Shown piece after piece: positions 1 to 8,476 of a stretch of 64,000 nt of DNA. A program made the translations under genes and the position numbers. Source of the DNA: an uncultured bacterium (lineage in GTDB: Bacteria; Babelota; Babeliae; Babelales; Babelaceae); the NCBI GenBank assembly GCA_963717435.1, contig OY970332.1:192001-256000 (forward strand). Reading direction: 5' to 3'. Each line of letters starts with the position of its first letter. Position 1 is the first letter of the stretch. The notes beneath the pieces are model-generated. The model ran no database searches, was not told the origin of the DNA, and saw nothing but the letters and a program-made list of their open reading frames with translations.

Positions 1-41
1 AACTTACGAACCATAAAGTTGTACTGTAATGTATTATTCAT
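1..41 (-). CDS. Possible 5' end of a gene running off the window (MNNTLQYNFMVRK...)
   Basis: Minus-strand ATG at 41-39 with a GAGAGAG purine tract upstream; frame open to the window edge. Confidence 0.35.
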   Translation of the reverse strand, partial: MNNTLQYNFMVRK

Positions 42-245
42 AAAATACTCTCTCTTTTTTTTTGGGGGTTACTAAACGCCTCTTGTACTTTTTTTGCACA
101 AATTGGAACTAATCTAGTGTTGGTGCAACTCAGTTGTCAACAAAAATTAATAAGATAAAAATAATTGAGTTTTTTACTTGCGAAGTAGTAAGTTAAGCGT
201 GTTAGAATTTTACGCTAATTTATCAGAAAAAAAGTCTGGAGTTTT

Positions 246-803
246 ATGCTGGCTTCAAAAAAATATCTGTATTTAATTATATTTGCTTACGCATTTTCTA
301 CGTTCGCTCAAGGGATAATCGTACCCATATATGCATTTTTTGTTCAAAAAATTGGGGGCGGGCTTCTTGAAACTTCTTGGGCAATTTCGATCTATTCCAT
401 AACAACTGGGGTGCTCACAATTTTGATACACAAAACTAAATGGAGCCATAAAAATAGAAAGCTTTGTTTGTGGCTGGGTTGGTTTTTGTGGCTACTCAGC
501 GTGGGCATATACTTTATAATGAAAAATATTTTTATGTTATATATCTCACAAATATTAAACGCAATCGGCGACTCTATGGCTCAGCCAGCATTTGATGCTG
601 AACTTTCTGAGATAGTAAGTGATGATTTATCAGGTGGCTGGGCGCTGTTTGATGGCACCATTAGTATTTTTTCTGGCATTGCAGCATTATTGGGAGGGTT
701 TATTGCGACATATTACGGATTTGGTGTCTTAATAAATTGTGTAATTACGATGGCCGCGATTTCTTTTTCTATGATCGCTTATTATACATATGCAACTGAG
801 TAA
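246..803 (+). CDS. MFS-like membrane transporter, half-size (about 6 TM)
   Basis: Hydrophobic helices with MFS-like segments (GIIVPIYAFFVQKIGG; LYISQILNAIG; AALLGGFIATYYGF). Confidence 0.65.
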   Translation: MLASKKYLYLIIFAYAFSTFAQGIIVPIYAFFVQKIGGGLLETSWAISIYSITTGVLTILIHKTKWSHKNRKLCLWLGWFLWLLSVGIYFIMKNIFMLYISQILNAIGDSMAQPAFDAELSEIVSDDLSGGWALFDGTISIFSGIAALLGGFIATYYGFGVLINCVITMAAISFSMIAYYTYATE

Positions 804-816
804 GTGGGTAAATAAT

Positions 817-1692
817 ATGAAAAAAATATTTTTTTTATTAGTTTTTTACAATTTAATAATCTTTTCAAGAGATGAAGACGAAGTTGGTCATGTCTTTGAA
901 GGCAACTTAGCATTAAAATCATCGCAAGAGCCTGGCCCACTATTTTGTTTTGGACAGACGGTTATAGATAAAGGGGACAAACAACTTTATATTTTTGCAG
1001 ACGATCTTGGAGGCAAAAATAATAATTTTAGCGATATTGTTCCCTATTTTATTTATGGGGTATCAGATAAATTGGCTATTTCCTGTGGATTTCCATTTGC
1101 AGCAAAGTTTAAATCAGACAATTATTGTTCTTCAGGAATAGAAGATATATTTATCCAGGCAGAATATTCTTTTTACAACAAAGACAGCTCAAGATTTGCA
1201 AATCAGGCAACATTTCTAACCGCGCTTAGTTTGCCAACCGGATCAACCAAAAAAACACCTAATACGGGCCTGGGTTCTCCAACCCTGTTTTTTGGATTAA
1301 CAGCCACACACACTTCAGTGGACTGGTACGTTTTTGGTTCACCAGGAATATTATTTAACACAGGAAAAGCTCGCCTAGATGCCGGCCAAATTTATTACTA
1401 TCAATTTGGATTTGGAAGAAATTTGTATTATTTGCCCCATAAGAGATTAATAACTTTAATTCTTGAATTTTTTGGAGCAAGCTCTAAAAGCAGTAGTTCT
1501 TCTTCAGGCACATCGGGAACCGTTAACAAAAATTTAATTACAAGCGGATTTTATATTGGCCCATCTTTGTGGATCTCAACCCCCCAATTTATATTTAATC
1601 CGGGAATAGCTTTTAATGTAAGCAAGGGCAAGAGCAGTAGTGACAATTTAAAATACTTTTTTGCTGTCGAACTAGGTTATAAATTTAATTAA
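817..1692 (+). CDS. Putative outer-membrane beta-barrel/transporter-like exported protein
   Basis: MKKIFF signal peptide from ATG 817; LSLPTG motif; amphipathic strands; C-terminal LGYKFN. Confidence 0.55.
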   Translation: MKKIFFLLVFYNLIIFSRDEDEVGHVFEGNLALKSSQEPGPLFCFGQTVIDKGDKQLYIFADDLGGKNNNFSDIVPYFIYGVSDKLAISCGFPFAAKFKSDNYCSSGIEDIFIQAEYSFYNKDSSRFANQATFLTALSLPTGSTKKTPNTGLGSPTLFFGLTATHTSVDWYVFGSPGILFNTGKARLDAGQIYYYQFGFGRNLYYLPHKRLITLILEFFGASSKSSSSSSGTSGTVNKNLITSGFYIGPSLWISTPQFIFNPGIAFNVSKGKSSSDNLKYFFAVELGYKFN

Positions 1693-1694
1693 AA
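1652..1694 (+). repeat. 43-bp direct repeat, copy 1 (3' end of the upstream gene)
   Basis: aatacttttttgctgtcgaactaggttataaatttaattaaaa, identical to 1909-1951. Confidence 0.95.
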
Positions 1695-1741
1695 GTTAAA
1701 AGTTCTGTTGAGTTTTACATAAATTGCGTAGGCAAGCAAAA

Positions 1742-1904
1742 CCGCTCGTCCCGAGTGATCACCGTAACGCAGTGGAGGTGATTGTATCGAGGGATGAGCA
1801 TTTTTTGCTCTTATAAAAATATATAAATTATTATGCAATATGCACTACCATCCCTCGATACATTTTTCTTCGCTATCGCTACGAAAAACACTCGGGACGA
1901 GCGG
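1742..1904. repeat. Composite palindromic element (two inverted repeat units)
   Basis: ccgctcgtcccgagtg-[hairpin]-tgtatcgagggatg...catccctcgataca-[hairpin]-cactcgggacgagcgg. Confidence 0.9.
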
Positions 1905-1908
1905 GGTT

Positions 1909-1951
1909 AATACTTTTTTGCTGTCGAACTAGGTTATAAATTTAATTAAAA
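1909..1951 (+). repeat. 43-bp direct repeat, copy 2
   Basis: Identical to 1652-1694. Confidence 0.95.
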
Positions 1952-1952
1952 C

Positions 1953-1990
1953 TTAAGGGCTTATTTGTAGTTTTACAAATAAGCCCTTAA
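1953..1990. terminator. Likely bidirectional intrinsic terminator
   Basis: ttaagggcttatttgta / tacaaataagcccttaa stem between convergent genes. Confidence 0.75.
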
Positions 1991-2005
1991 TAACTAATAA
2001 TTTAT

Positions 2006-2536
2006 TTAACCAACTTTAATAAGTTCAACGTCGAAAACAAGATTTGCATTAGGTGGTATAACTCTGCCGGCGCCGCGTGAACCGTAGCCAAGAGCCGCTG
2101 GGATAAACAGACGACGTTTTTCGCCAAGCTTCATGCCAAGAACGCCTTCGTCCCATCCTGCAATAACATAGCCCAAACCTATCTTAAAACTAAATGGCTG
2201 ATTTCGGTCAACGCTGCTATCAAACTTAGAATTTAAATCTGGCTCGCCATTTTTTTCCAACCAACCAGTATAGTGCACAGCAACCTGCTGACCCGGCCTT
2301 GGATTTGCTCCAGAACCCTCTTTCAAAATTTCGTAACTTAATCCAGAGTCTGTTTTTTGTCGTGACATTTTAATATCCCCCTGCTGTTGTTTTTCTGTTT
2401 TCTTGCCAGCTTTATTAATTTTGCTAACTGTATCGGTATTATTACTGTTATTATTATCTAGTTTATTATTTTTATCGCATGCTGCCAATAATACACTCGA
2501 AAACATGAGACAGTTTAAGCCAATTATATTTTTCAT
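2006..2536 (-). CDS. FKBP-type peptidyl-prolyl cis-trans isomerase, possible lipoprotein
   Basis: VHYTGWL, FDSSVDR, VIAGWDEG, LGYG, IPPNANLVFDVEL motifs; LLAAC lipobox-like sequence. Confidence 0.95.
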   Translation of the reverse strand: MKNIIGLNCLMFSSVLLAACDKNNKLDNNNSNNTDTVSKINKAGKKTEKQQQGDIKMSRQKTDSGLSYEILKEGSGANPRPGQQVAVHYTGWLEKNGEPDLNSKFDSSVDRNQPFSFKIGLGYVIAGWDEGVLGMKLGEKRRLFIPAALGYGSRGAGRVIPPNANLVFDVELIKVG

Positions 2537-2780
2537 AAATCTCTATTTTTATCTCTCTGTATAAATTTTACGCGATTTTTTACGCAGATAATATAAGATA
2601 TAAAAGTTTTTTCCACAAATCTTAAATTTAAATTACCCCAACTCTACAAAATTATAATTTTAATTATTTATGATCAGTGTAATATATTTTGTTTAAATTA
2701 TAATTTACTATAATTAATAATTATAAAAGTATATTAAAAACAAAACTAAACAAAATATAAAATACAGATCGGGATTATTT

Positions 2781-3017
2781 ATGGGAGTAAATATGTTTTC
2801 TCAAATCTTGAACAAATTAAGTGAGTACGGTGAAAGTCACCAAGCACTTTTTGCAATTATCGTTACCTTAAGTTTAATATCCATATCATGGGGCGTGGAA
2901 AGCATCTTGGAACAATACTTTTTTCCCCAAAAACCTGTCTATGGCTATATAATTGCAATCGCAATGGGAGTAATACTTTTATGGCTAACTAAGCACTATA
3001 TTTTGCACGAAATTTAG
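2781..3017 (+). CDS. Small 2-TM membrane protein
   Basis: Two hydrophobic helices; a later ATG at 2793 is preceded by GGAG. Confidence 0.6.
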   Translation: MGVNMFSQILNKLSEYGESHQALFAIIVTLSLISISWGVESILEQYFFPQKPVYGYIIAIAMGVILLWLTKHYILHEI

Positions 3018-3020
3018 TTA

Positions 3021-4481
3021 TTATTTTAACTTAACTTTGTCACACTTAGAAACCAGAAAAGTCGTAAACTGCCACTCATCTTCGGGCCCAATAACAGTTT
3101 CGTCATTATATTCAAAATAGTTGGGTTTACGGGTGAGTGGTGACCACTCGACAGACTTTGATACAAATTTACCCAAATATGGCTTTGAAAATTTTAAAAT
3201 TTCTTCGTGATCAATATCGTCAGGTAAGCAAATCCCCTCATTTGGGTGATTAATCATATAACTAATCGAAGCAACGACAGAGACGGCAACCTGAACAGTT
3301 GTTGCATTTTGATGGGGAACCAATTTTCTTGCCTCATGAATATCAAGCAAGCTGCCGATCCACCAGGCTCTAAAATCATGCCCAAGCAAAAAACAACCCA
3401 GCTCGTCTTGACCATCAATAATATCGTCGTTTAAAATTCTCAATTTCGGTTGCATCTCAAGCTGACGCATTCTGAGTTCATATAACGACGCTATCGCAGA
3501 ATCAGAAAGACAATATGCATAATATACTGTCGGCCTGTATAGAGCGGCTCCATTTTCTCTGACAGTTAATCGCTCAGAAAGACCGTAAGCTTCTCCATGT
3601 CGTATGACCATGCCGATTATATCACCACTTGGAACCCAAGATCTTACAAGCGTATCTATGCCCATTGACTCAAGACAAACTTGATTTTGAGGCCCAGCTT
3701 TATGAAACATTGTGCCCTTTGGCGCAAATCGCTCGTGTGTTCCCCAGCCAAGTTCTGCCGGAGCTATCCCCTCTTCAAAGAGCCCTGGGATCGACCATGT
3801 GTTAACAAATTCGTTAACTTTTTTTGGATCAGATGTAATTTGGGAATCTCTTTCAGATATCTGAATAATTTTTAATCCGATAAGTTGGGCAAGCTTTGCA
3901 AAATTTTTGCTTTCTAAAGCCTTTTTTAGCTCGGGTATTCTTGTATCAGATTTTTTTTCTGCAATAATCTTTGATGCTATATCGCAAATTCCCTGCTTGG
4001 TAAAATGTGAAACCAAGCCAGGATTAGCACCATGATCGATAATAGCAGTTGCGCCTTTTTTGTTGGGCAAACTTTTTATAAAATCGATAATTTCCATCTG
4101 ACGGGAATATAGTGTTAATTCTCTTGGGTCTTTTGACTTTGCGTTTTTATACGGGTCCCAGAGCTCTACCGAGCTGTTAATATATTTTACATTATTTTCA
4201 TGGCACCATTTTAATACCGAGACAGTATCGATATCATAACCAAGATCAACAAAAACGTCCCCGGAAGAAAGATATTTTGGAAGCATAGTTTTGTAGTTTT
4301 CTTCTGTCAGCTTTTCTCGAACATAATTTACGCCTTTTTTTATTGGTTCTGAGATTCTGTGACTATTATCAACATAATCCATTACTGTTATATCTTTAGG
4401 AGAAACTGTTTTCAACTCTTTGATTAAAATTGGCAGAACGCATTGCGCCACTGAACCACTGCCGATCATAAAAATACGCAT
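3021..4481 (-). CDS. hss: Homospermidine synthase
   Basis: IGSGSV Rossmann motif, HGANPGLVSHF, FVNTWS, PAELGWGTHE, HGEA, YRPTVYYAY, QNATTVQV. Confidence 0.92.
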   Translation of the reverse strand: MRIFMIGSGSVAQCVLPILIKELKTVSPKDITVMDYVDNSHRISEPIKKGVNYVREKLTEENYKTMLPKYLSSGDVFVDLGYDIDTVSVLKWCHENNVKYINSSVELWDPYKNAKSKDPRELTLYSRQMEIIDFIKSLPNKKGATAIIDHGANPGLVSHFTKQGICDIASKIIAEKKSDTRIPELKKALESKNFAKLAQLIGLKIIQISERDSQITSDPKKVNEFVNTWSIPGLFEEGIAPAELGWGTHERFAPKGTMFHKAGPQNQVCLESMGIDTLVRSWVPSGDIIGMVIRHGEAYGLSERLTVRENGAALYRPTVYYAYCLSDSAIASLYELRMRQLEMQPKLRILNDDIIDGQDELGCFLLGHDFRAWWIGSLLDIHEARKLVPHQNATTVQVAVSVVASISYMINHPNEGICLPDDIDHEEILKFSKPYLGKFVSKSVEWSPLTRKPNYFEYNDETVIGPEDEWQFTTFLVSKCDKVKLK

Positions 4482-4553
4482 CTTAACTAACCCTTTTTAT
4501 TTTAAATTTTAAGAACAAACGCTATAATTAATTTGTTAAATTTGATTTTTTAC

Positions 4554-4606
4554 CCGCTCGTGGTGAGTGTTTTTCGTAGCGAAGCGAAGAAAAATGTATC
4601 GAACCA
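4554..4606 (+). repeat. Single palindromic repeat unit
   Basis: ccgctcgtggtgagtgtttttcgtagcgaagcgaagaaaaatgtatcgaacca. Confidence 0.85.
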
Positions 4607-4683
4607 TAAAAAATCAGTTAAAATAAACTTTAAAATTTTAATATACAATATATTTCTAATATTTCTATTACTCAAATACAAAC

Positions 4684-5778
4684 TTGAAGACCAAAAAAAT
4701 AATAAAGCTAACTCCGCCCAAAATTTCCATAAATAATATCAAAGAAAAGATTACCTGCATTCGTGCCCACAGGGAAAGAATTTTCAATGTTTCTTGTGAA
4801 ATTATAAATAACAAACTAGTTATTCACAATTATGGCCAAGGCGGTGCCGGCTGGACGTTTTTATTCGGCTGCGTTAACCAATCAGTAAGAGAACTTGAAA
4901 GAAAATTAAAACAAAAACTAAAAACAAATCCTGAGTTTAATAATAAAAATATTTCTGTTATCGGCGCCGGCTGTTATGGGCTATTAACTGCAATTATTTT
5001 GACACTTAGGGGATATTCTGTAGAAATTTTTGCAAAAGAGACAGAAACAATTTCTTCAAATAAAGCTGCCGGGTTCTTTTTCCCGAGAGCAAGAAAGTGC
5101 TCAACAGATGCTGAACGTGAAATTTTCAAATCTATGGGCCTGGAGTCTTATAGGACATATTTGGAAATTATTGATGGCAAGCACCCTTTTATTAAATCTG
5201 GCCCTAAAATATTACCCGCATACTTTGGGCCCGATATTGATCCAGGCTTTGCGCCCTATATAGAAAAAAATTTGGTAAATAAGCCAGAAGAAGTTTTAAT
5301 AGATTTTGGGAACGGCAAAGTCTACGATGCAATTCAATATAATACTGTTTTTGTTAACTCTGCAGGAATTATGCAAGAGTTGCACAGAAATATTAAAGAG
5401 CTAAACATAAAAATTACAAAACAAGAGATTAATAATTTTTCAGATATTAAAGATCAAATAATTTTTAACTGTTCAGGGCTGGGCGCAAAAGAACTTGCCA
5501 ATGACAAGAGAATTATTCCGGTTCAGGGACATTTAATAGCGCTAAAAAATCAGCCAGATATATCCCAACTTCAATACATGATAAATTTCAAAGTTACACA
5601 GCTTAACCCATCGGGAAGGCCAAGGGACGAACTTATATATTTTGCACCCAAAGAATCTGGAATATTGGGAATTACGTTTATTAGGGGTCAAGATTCACTT
5701 GTTGCAAACCAGCAGGAGTTTGATAGATTACTACAGCGTAGCCAAGATTTTTTTGGATTTTTTGGAGTTAGTTTATGA
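4684..5778 (+). CDS. FAD-dependent oxidoreductase, D-amino-acid oxidase family, permuted motif order
   Basis: IHNYGQGGAGW, VIGAGCYG, SNKAAG, IFNCSGLGAKEL, PVQGHL motifs. Confidence 0.85.
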   Translation: MKTKKIIKLTPPKISINNIKEKITCIRAHRERIFNVSCEIINNKLVIHNYGQGGAGWTFLFGCVNQSVRELERKLKQKLKTNPEFNNKNISVIGAGCYGLLTAIILTLRGYSVEIFAKETETISSNKAAGFFFPRARKCSTDAEREIFKSMGLESYRTYLEIIDGKHPFIKSGPKILPAYFGPDIDPGFAPYIEKNLVNKPEEVLIDFGNGKVYDAIQYNTVFVNSAGIMQELHRNIKELNIKITKQEINNFSDIKDQIIFNCSGLGAKELANDKRIIPVQGHLIALKNQPDISQLQYMINFKVTQLNPSGRPRDELIYFAPKESGILGITFIRGQDSLVANQQEFDRLLQRSQDFFGFFGVSL

Positions 5779-7316
5779 ATTTAAAAAAGTTTGTTTTTTT
5801 TAGTTATTTTATTTTTATCGCATCTTTTGCACCAACAAACTTGCATAGCATAACCGAGACTAAGAAATCGCACTTAGACAGCAACTGGTATCCTGATCAA
5901 AAAAAATTATTACAACAAAAAATTGCAGAGTTAAAGAAAAGATCTCAAGAGCTCTATAAAGCATCTCTAGATTCCAAATTAATCAGAGCAATAGTTGTGC
6001 CCCATGCCGGATACAATTATTCTGGCACAGTTGCAACAGCTATCTATAGTCTGCTTGATAAAAATAATATCAATAAAATAGTTATATTGGCGCCTGCACA
6101 TTCAGTATCGTTTGAAGGTGCAGTTTTACCTGAATTTGAAACATATAAAACGCCACTCGGGGAGATTAAAGTTAATACTTTAGATGTAAATAAACTGTCA
6201 AAAAACAACTTATTTAGTTACTCTAATACTCAGTTTGAGAGCGAACATTCTTTAGAAATACAGTTACCCCTGATCCAATATTTTTTAAAACAAACTGTTA
6301 CAATAGTGCCACTAATAATCGGGCAAATAAGCTGTGCGCAGGCTGAAAAAATTGCTGAATCTTTAAAACAAATAATAAACAATAAAACTTTGGTTATCGT
6401 GTCTTCAGATTTTACCCATTTTGGGAAGAATTTCGATTTTGAACCCTTTGATAAAAGTATTAGTGATAATATAAGACAACTTGATTCCCAAGCAATAGAA
6501 CATATTCAAAGCAAGAATTGCCCCAAATTTGAGAAATTTATTCAAGAAACAAAGTTAACCGTGTGTGGCTACTACCCACTAAAAATTCTGCTTTCACTAT
6601 TAAACAACAATATTCTTGGAGACACGCAACCAAGACTAATAGCATACGACACGTCTTTAAATCAGGATCCAGGCGCTAGCAGTTCTGTAAGCTACGTGGG
6701 GCTACTATTTACCCAAGAAAAAATCGAAAATTTAAATATAAACAAGCAGTTAACGCAAGAAGAAAAAAGACAGCTCATAACAGAAGCTCAAAAAAGTTTG
6801 AATAATATTTTTTCAAAAAATATTTCTGGACAGTCTAACGATGCACTTTTATATCCAATAAAATCTTTTGGAATTTCAAGGCCACTTGGAGCTTTTACAA
6901 CGCTAGAGATTAAAACAAAAAATGGCAAAGAGTTGCGTGGGTGCATAGGCAGAATAACAACCACAGAGCCTCTATATAAAACAGTACAAGAAGTTACTCG
7001 TGACGCTGCGCTAAAAGACCAAAGATTTTCGCCCGTTAAAAATACAGAATTACCATTAATATCTTTAAAATTGTCTATTCTTTCTGAGCCAAAATCTATA
7101 AAAAGCTATAAAGACATAATTCTTGGGAAAGATGGTGTTATCTTAAAATACAATAGTTTATCTGCTGTATTTTTGCCTGAAGTTGCCATAGAGTTCAATT
7201 GGACGATCGAAAAAATGCTTGAAGAGTTGAGCACAAAAGCTGGTTTAGATAAAGACGCATGGAAGAACAAAGAGGCAAAATTCGAGGTCTTTGAAACCGT
7301 GACCATAGAACAATAA
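5775..7316 (+). CDS. AmmeMemoRadiSam protein B (MEMO1) fused to protein A (AMMECR1)
   Basis: PHAGYNYSG, EHSLEIQLP, SSDFTH and TVCG (MEMO); LRGCIG, DQRF and FLPEVA (AMMECR1). Confidence 0.92.
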   Translation: MNLKKFVFFSYFIFIASFAPTNLHSITETKKSHLDSNWYPDQKKLLQQKIAELKKRSQELYKASLDSKLIRAIVVPHAGYNYSGTVATAIYSLLDKNNINKIVILAPAHSVSFEGAVLPEFETYKTPLGEIKVNTLDVNKLSKNNLFSYSNTQFESEHSLEIQLPLIQYFLKQTVTIVPLIIGQISCAQAEKIAESLKQIINNKTLVIVSSDFTHFGKNFDFEPFDKSISDNIRQLDSQAIEHIQSKNCPKFEKFIQETKLTVCGYYPLKILLSLLNNNILGDTQPRLIAYDTSLNQDPGASSSVSYVGLLFTQEKIENLNINKQLTQEEKRQLITEAQKSLNNIFSKNISGQSNDALLYPIKSFGISRPLGAFTTLEIKTKNGKELRGCIGRITTTEPLYKTVQEVTRDAALKDQRFSPVKNTELPLISLKLSILSEPKSIKSYKDIILGKDGVILKYNSLSAVFLPEVAIEFNWTIEKMLEELSTKAGLDKDAWKNKEAKFEVFETVTIEQ

Positions 7317-7408
7317 GCTTAAAAAAATATTTTAAAGCATTGCATTAAAAACAATAATCAACTTAATATCTTAAATAGTTTTAAACCATTTAAAAAAAAG
7401 GGTATTTT

Positions 7409-7756
7409 ATGGCTATAAAATTAAATAAGACAGCTTTTAATAACGCACTTAAATTAATTCAAGCTGGTGAAGTAGAAAAGTTTGATTCTAATTGGAACGA
7501 GGAAAAACCGGACGCAAACGAAATAGCAAATTTTCTCAACACCCACTCTATGGAAGAATACGGCCTATGGTTTCTTGGCAAGAACGACCAGTTTAAAGAA
7601 AACACCAAAGAGCACTATGTTTATCCATATGGCGACCTAAAAGAGGTCCAAAAAAGCGCCCTTATAGACACGCAAAAACAGGCTCAGAAAAACGGCGACC
7701 ATGAAGTTCTGAACGCAATAAGACAGTTACTGGATATGATCAACAAGAGTAAGTAA
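7409..7756 (+). CDS. Hypothetical protein
   Basis: 115-aa ORF with RBS-like aaggg; YVYPYGD motif; followed by a hairpin. Confidence 0.7.
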   Translation: MAIKLNKTAFNNALKLIQAGEVEKFDSNWNEEKPDANEIANFLNTHSMEEYGLWFLGKNDQFKENTKEHYVYPYGDLKEVQKSALIDTQKQAQKNGDHEVLNAIRQLLDMINKSK

Positions 7757-7764
7757 AGATTTTA

Positions 7765-7789
7765 GGGCAAAGTTTTAAAAGCTTTGCCC
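7765..7789 (+). terminator. Putative terminator hairpin
   Basis: gggcaaagt...gctttgccc. Confidence 0.55.
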
Positions 7790-7939
7790 ATATCTCTCTC
7801 AAACTCCCAAACCCATAAAAAATACAAAAAACAGCTATTTTGGTGCTTTTATGATCATAAAAGCTAACTAAATTTTGTATTTAGGCCAATTTTTGGGTAT
7901 AATACTCTTACATTTCTAAATATCTTTGAACTAAATTTC

Positions 7940-8058
7940 GTGCCCCAGGCTTCTCTAAAGATACGCCGGGCGCAGCCGTAGCTTCCAGCCTACGCATAAA
8001 GCTTCCCGCTTCGCTGAAGCTTCGCAGGACACGTCGGCGGACATGCAGCTGGATAGAG
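7940..8058 (+). pseudogene. Duplicated tRNA-Arg 5' end interrupted by two GC-rich insertions
   Basis: gtgccc (7940-7945) / ccgtagct (7976-7983) / cagctggatagag (8046-8058) match the tRNA 5' end in order. Confidence 0.65.
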
Positions 8059-8092
8059 TAAGGCGTTTGATATATACTTAATACAAATTTAA

Positions 8093-8169
8093 GTGCCCGT
8101 AGCTCAGCTGGATAGAGCAACGGATTTCTAATCCGTAGGTCATAGGTTCGAATCCTATCGGGCACACCA
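8093..8169 (+). tRNA. tRNA-Arg (anticodon TCT)
   Basis: Cloverleaf: gtgcccg/cgggcac acceptor stem, acgga-tttctaa-tccgt anticodon arm, GGTTCGAATCC T arm, encoded CCA. Confidence 0.97.
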
Positions 8170-8266
8170 GTCATTTCCTTCAGAAATGACTGGCGGGCCA
8201 GTCTTCTTCAAAGAAATAAATCAATTATTTAACCACCAACCTAAAATTATCTAACCTTAACTTTTC

Positions 8267-8407
8267 ATGTTTTACGTATATTACCTTCGATCAATACTTT
8301 TTCCCGCTAAAACATATATTGGCTTCACTTCTAACTTAAAGCAAAGACTAGAGGAACATAATTCTGGAAAATCTGTATATACAAAAGAATTTAAACACTG
8401 GAAGTAG
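8267..8407 (+). pseudogene. Truncated GIY-YIG nuclease, 46 aa (absent from the ORF track)
   Basis: Own translation: MFYVYYLRSILFPAKTYIGFTSNLKQRLEEHNSGKSVYTKEFKHWK*; YVY..YIG.T..L..RL..HN signature. Confidence 0.85.
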
Positions 8408-8476
8408 GTACAGTTTTATTTCATAATCTGCTAAAATATAATCATACAAAATGAAAACTTATCTTTTAGGGACGAA

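Noticed and set aside
4533-4736. 67-aa ORF, and likewise 37160-37402 and 46637-46846
   Set aside because: These read through palindromic repeat units and have no protein-like features
7908-8174. 88-aa minus-strand ORF
   Set aside because: It is the antisense translation of tRNA-Arg and the neighbouring repeats
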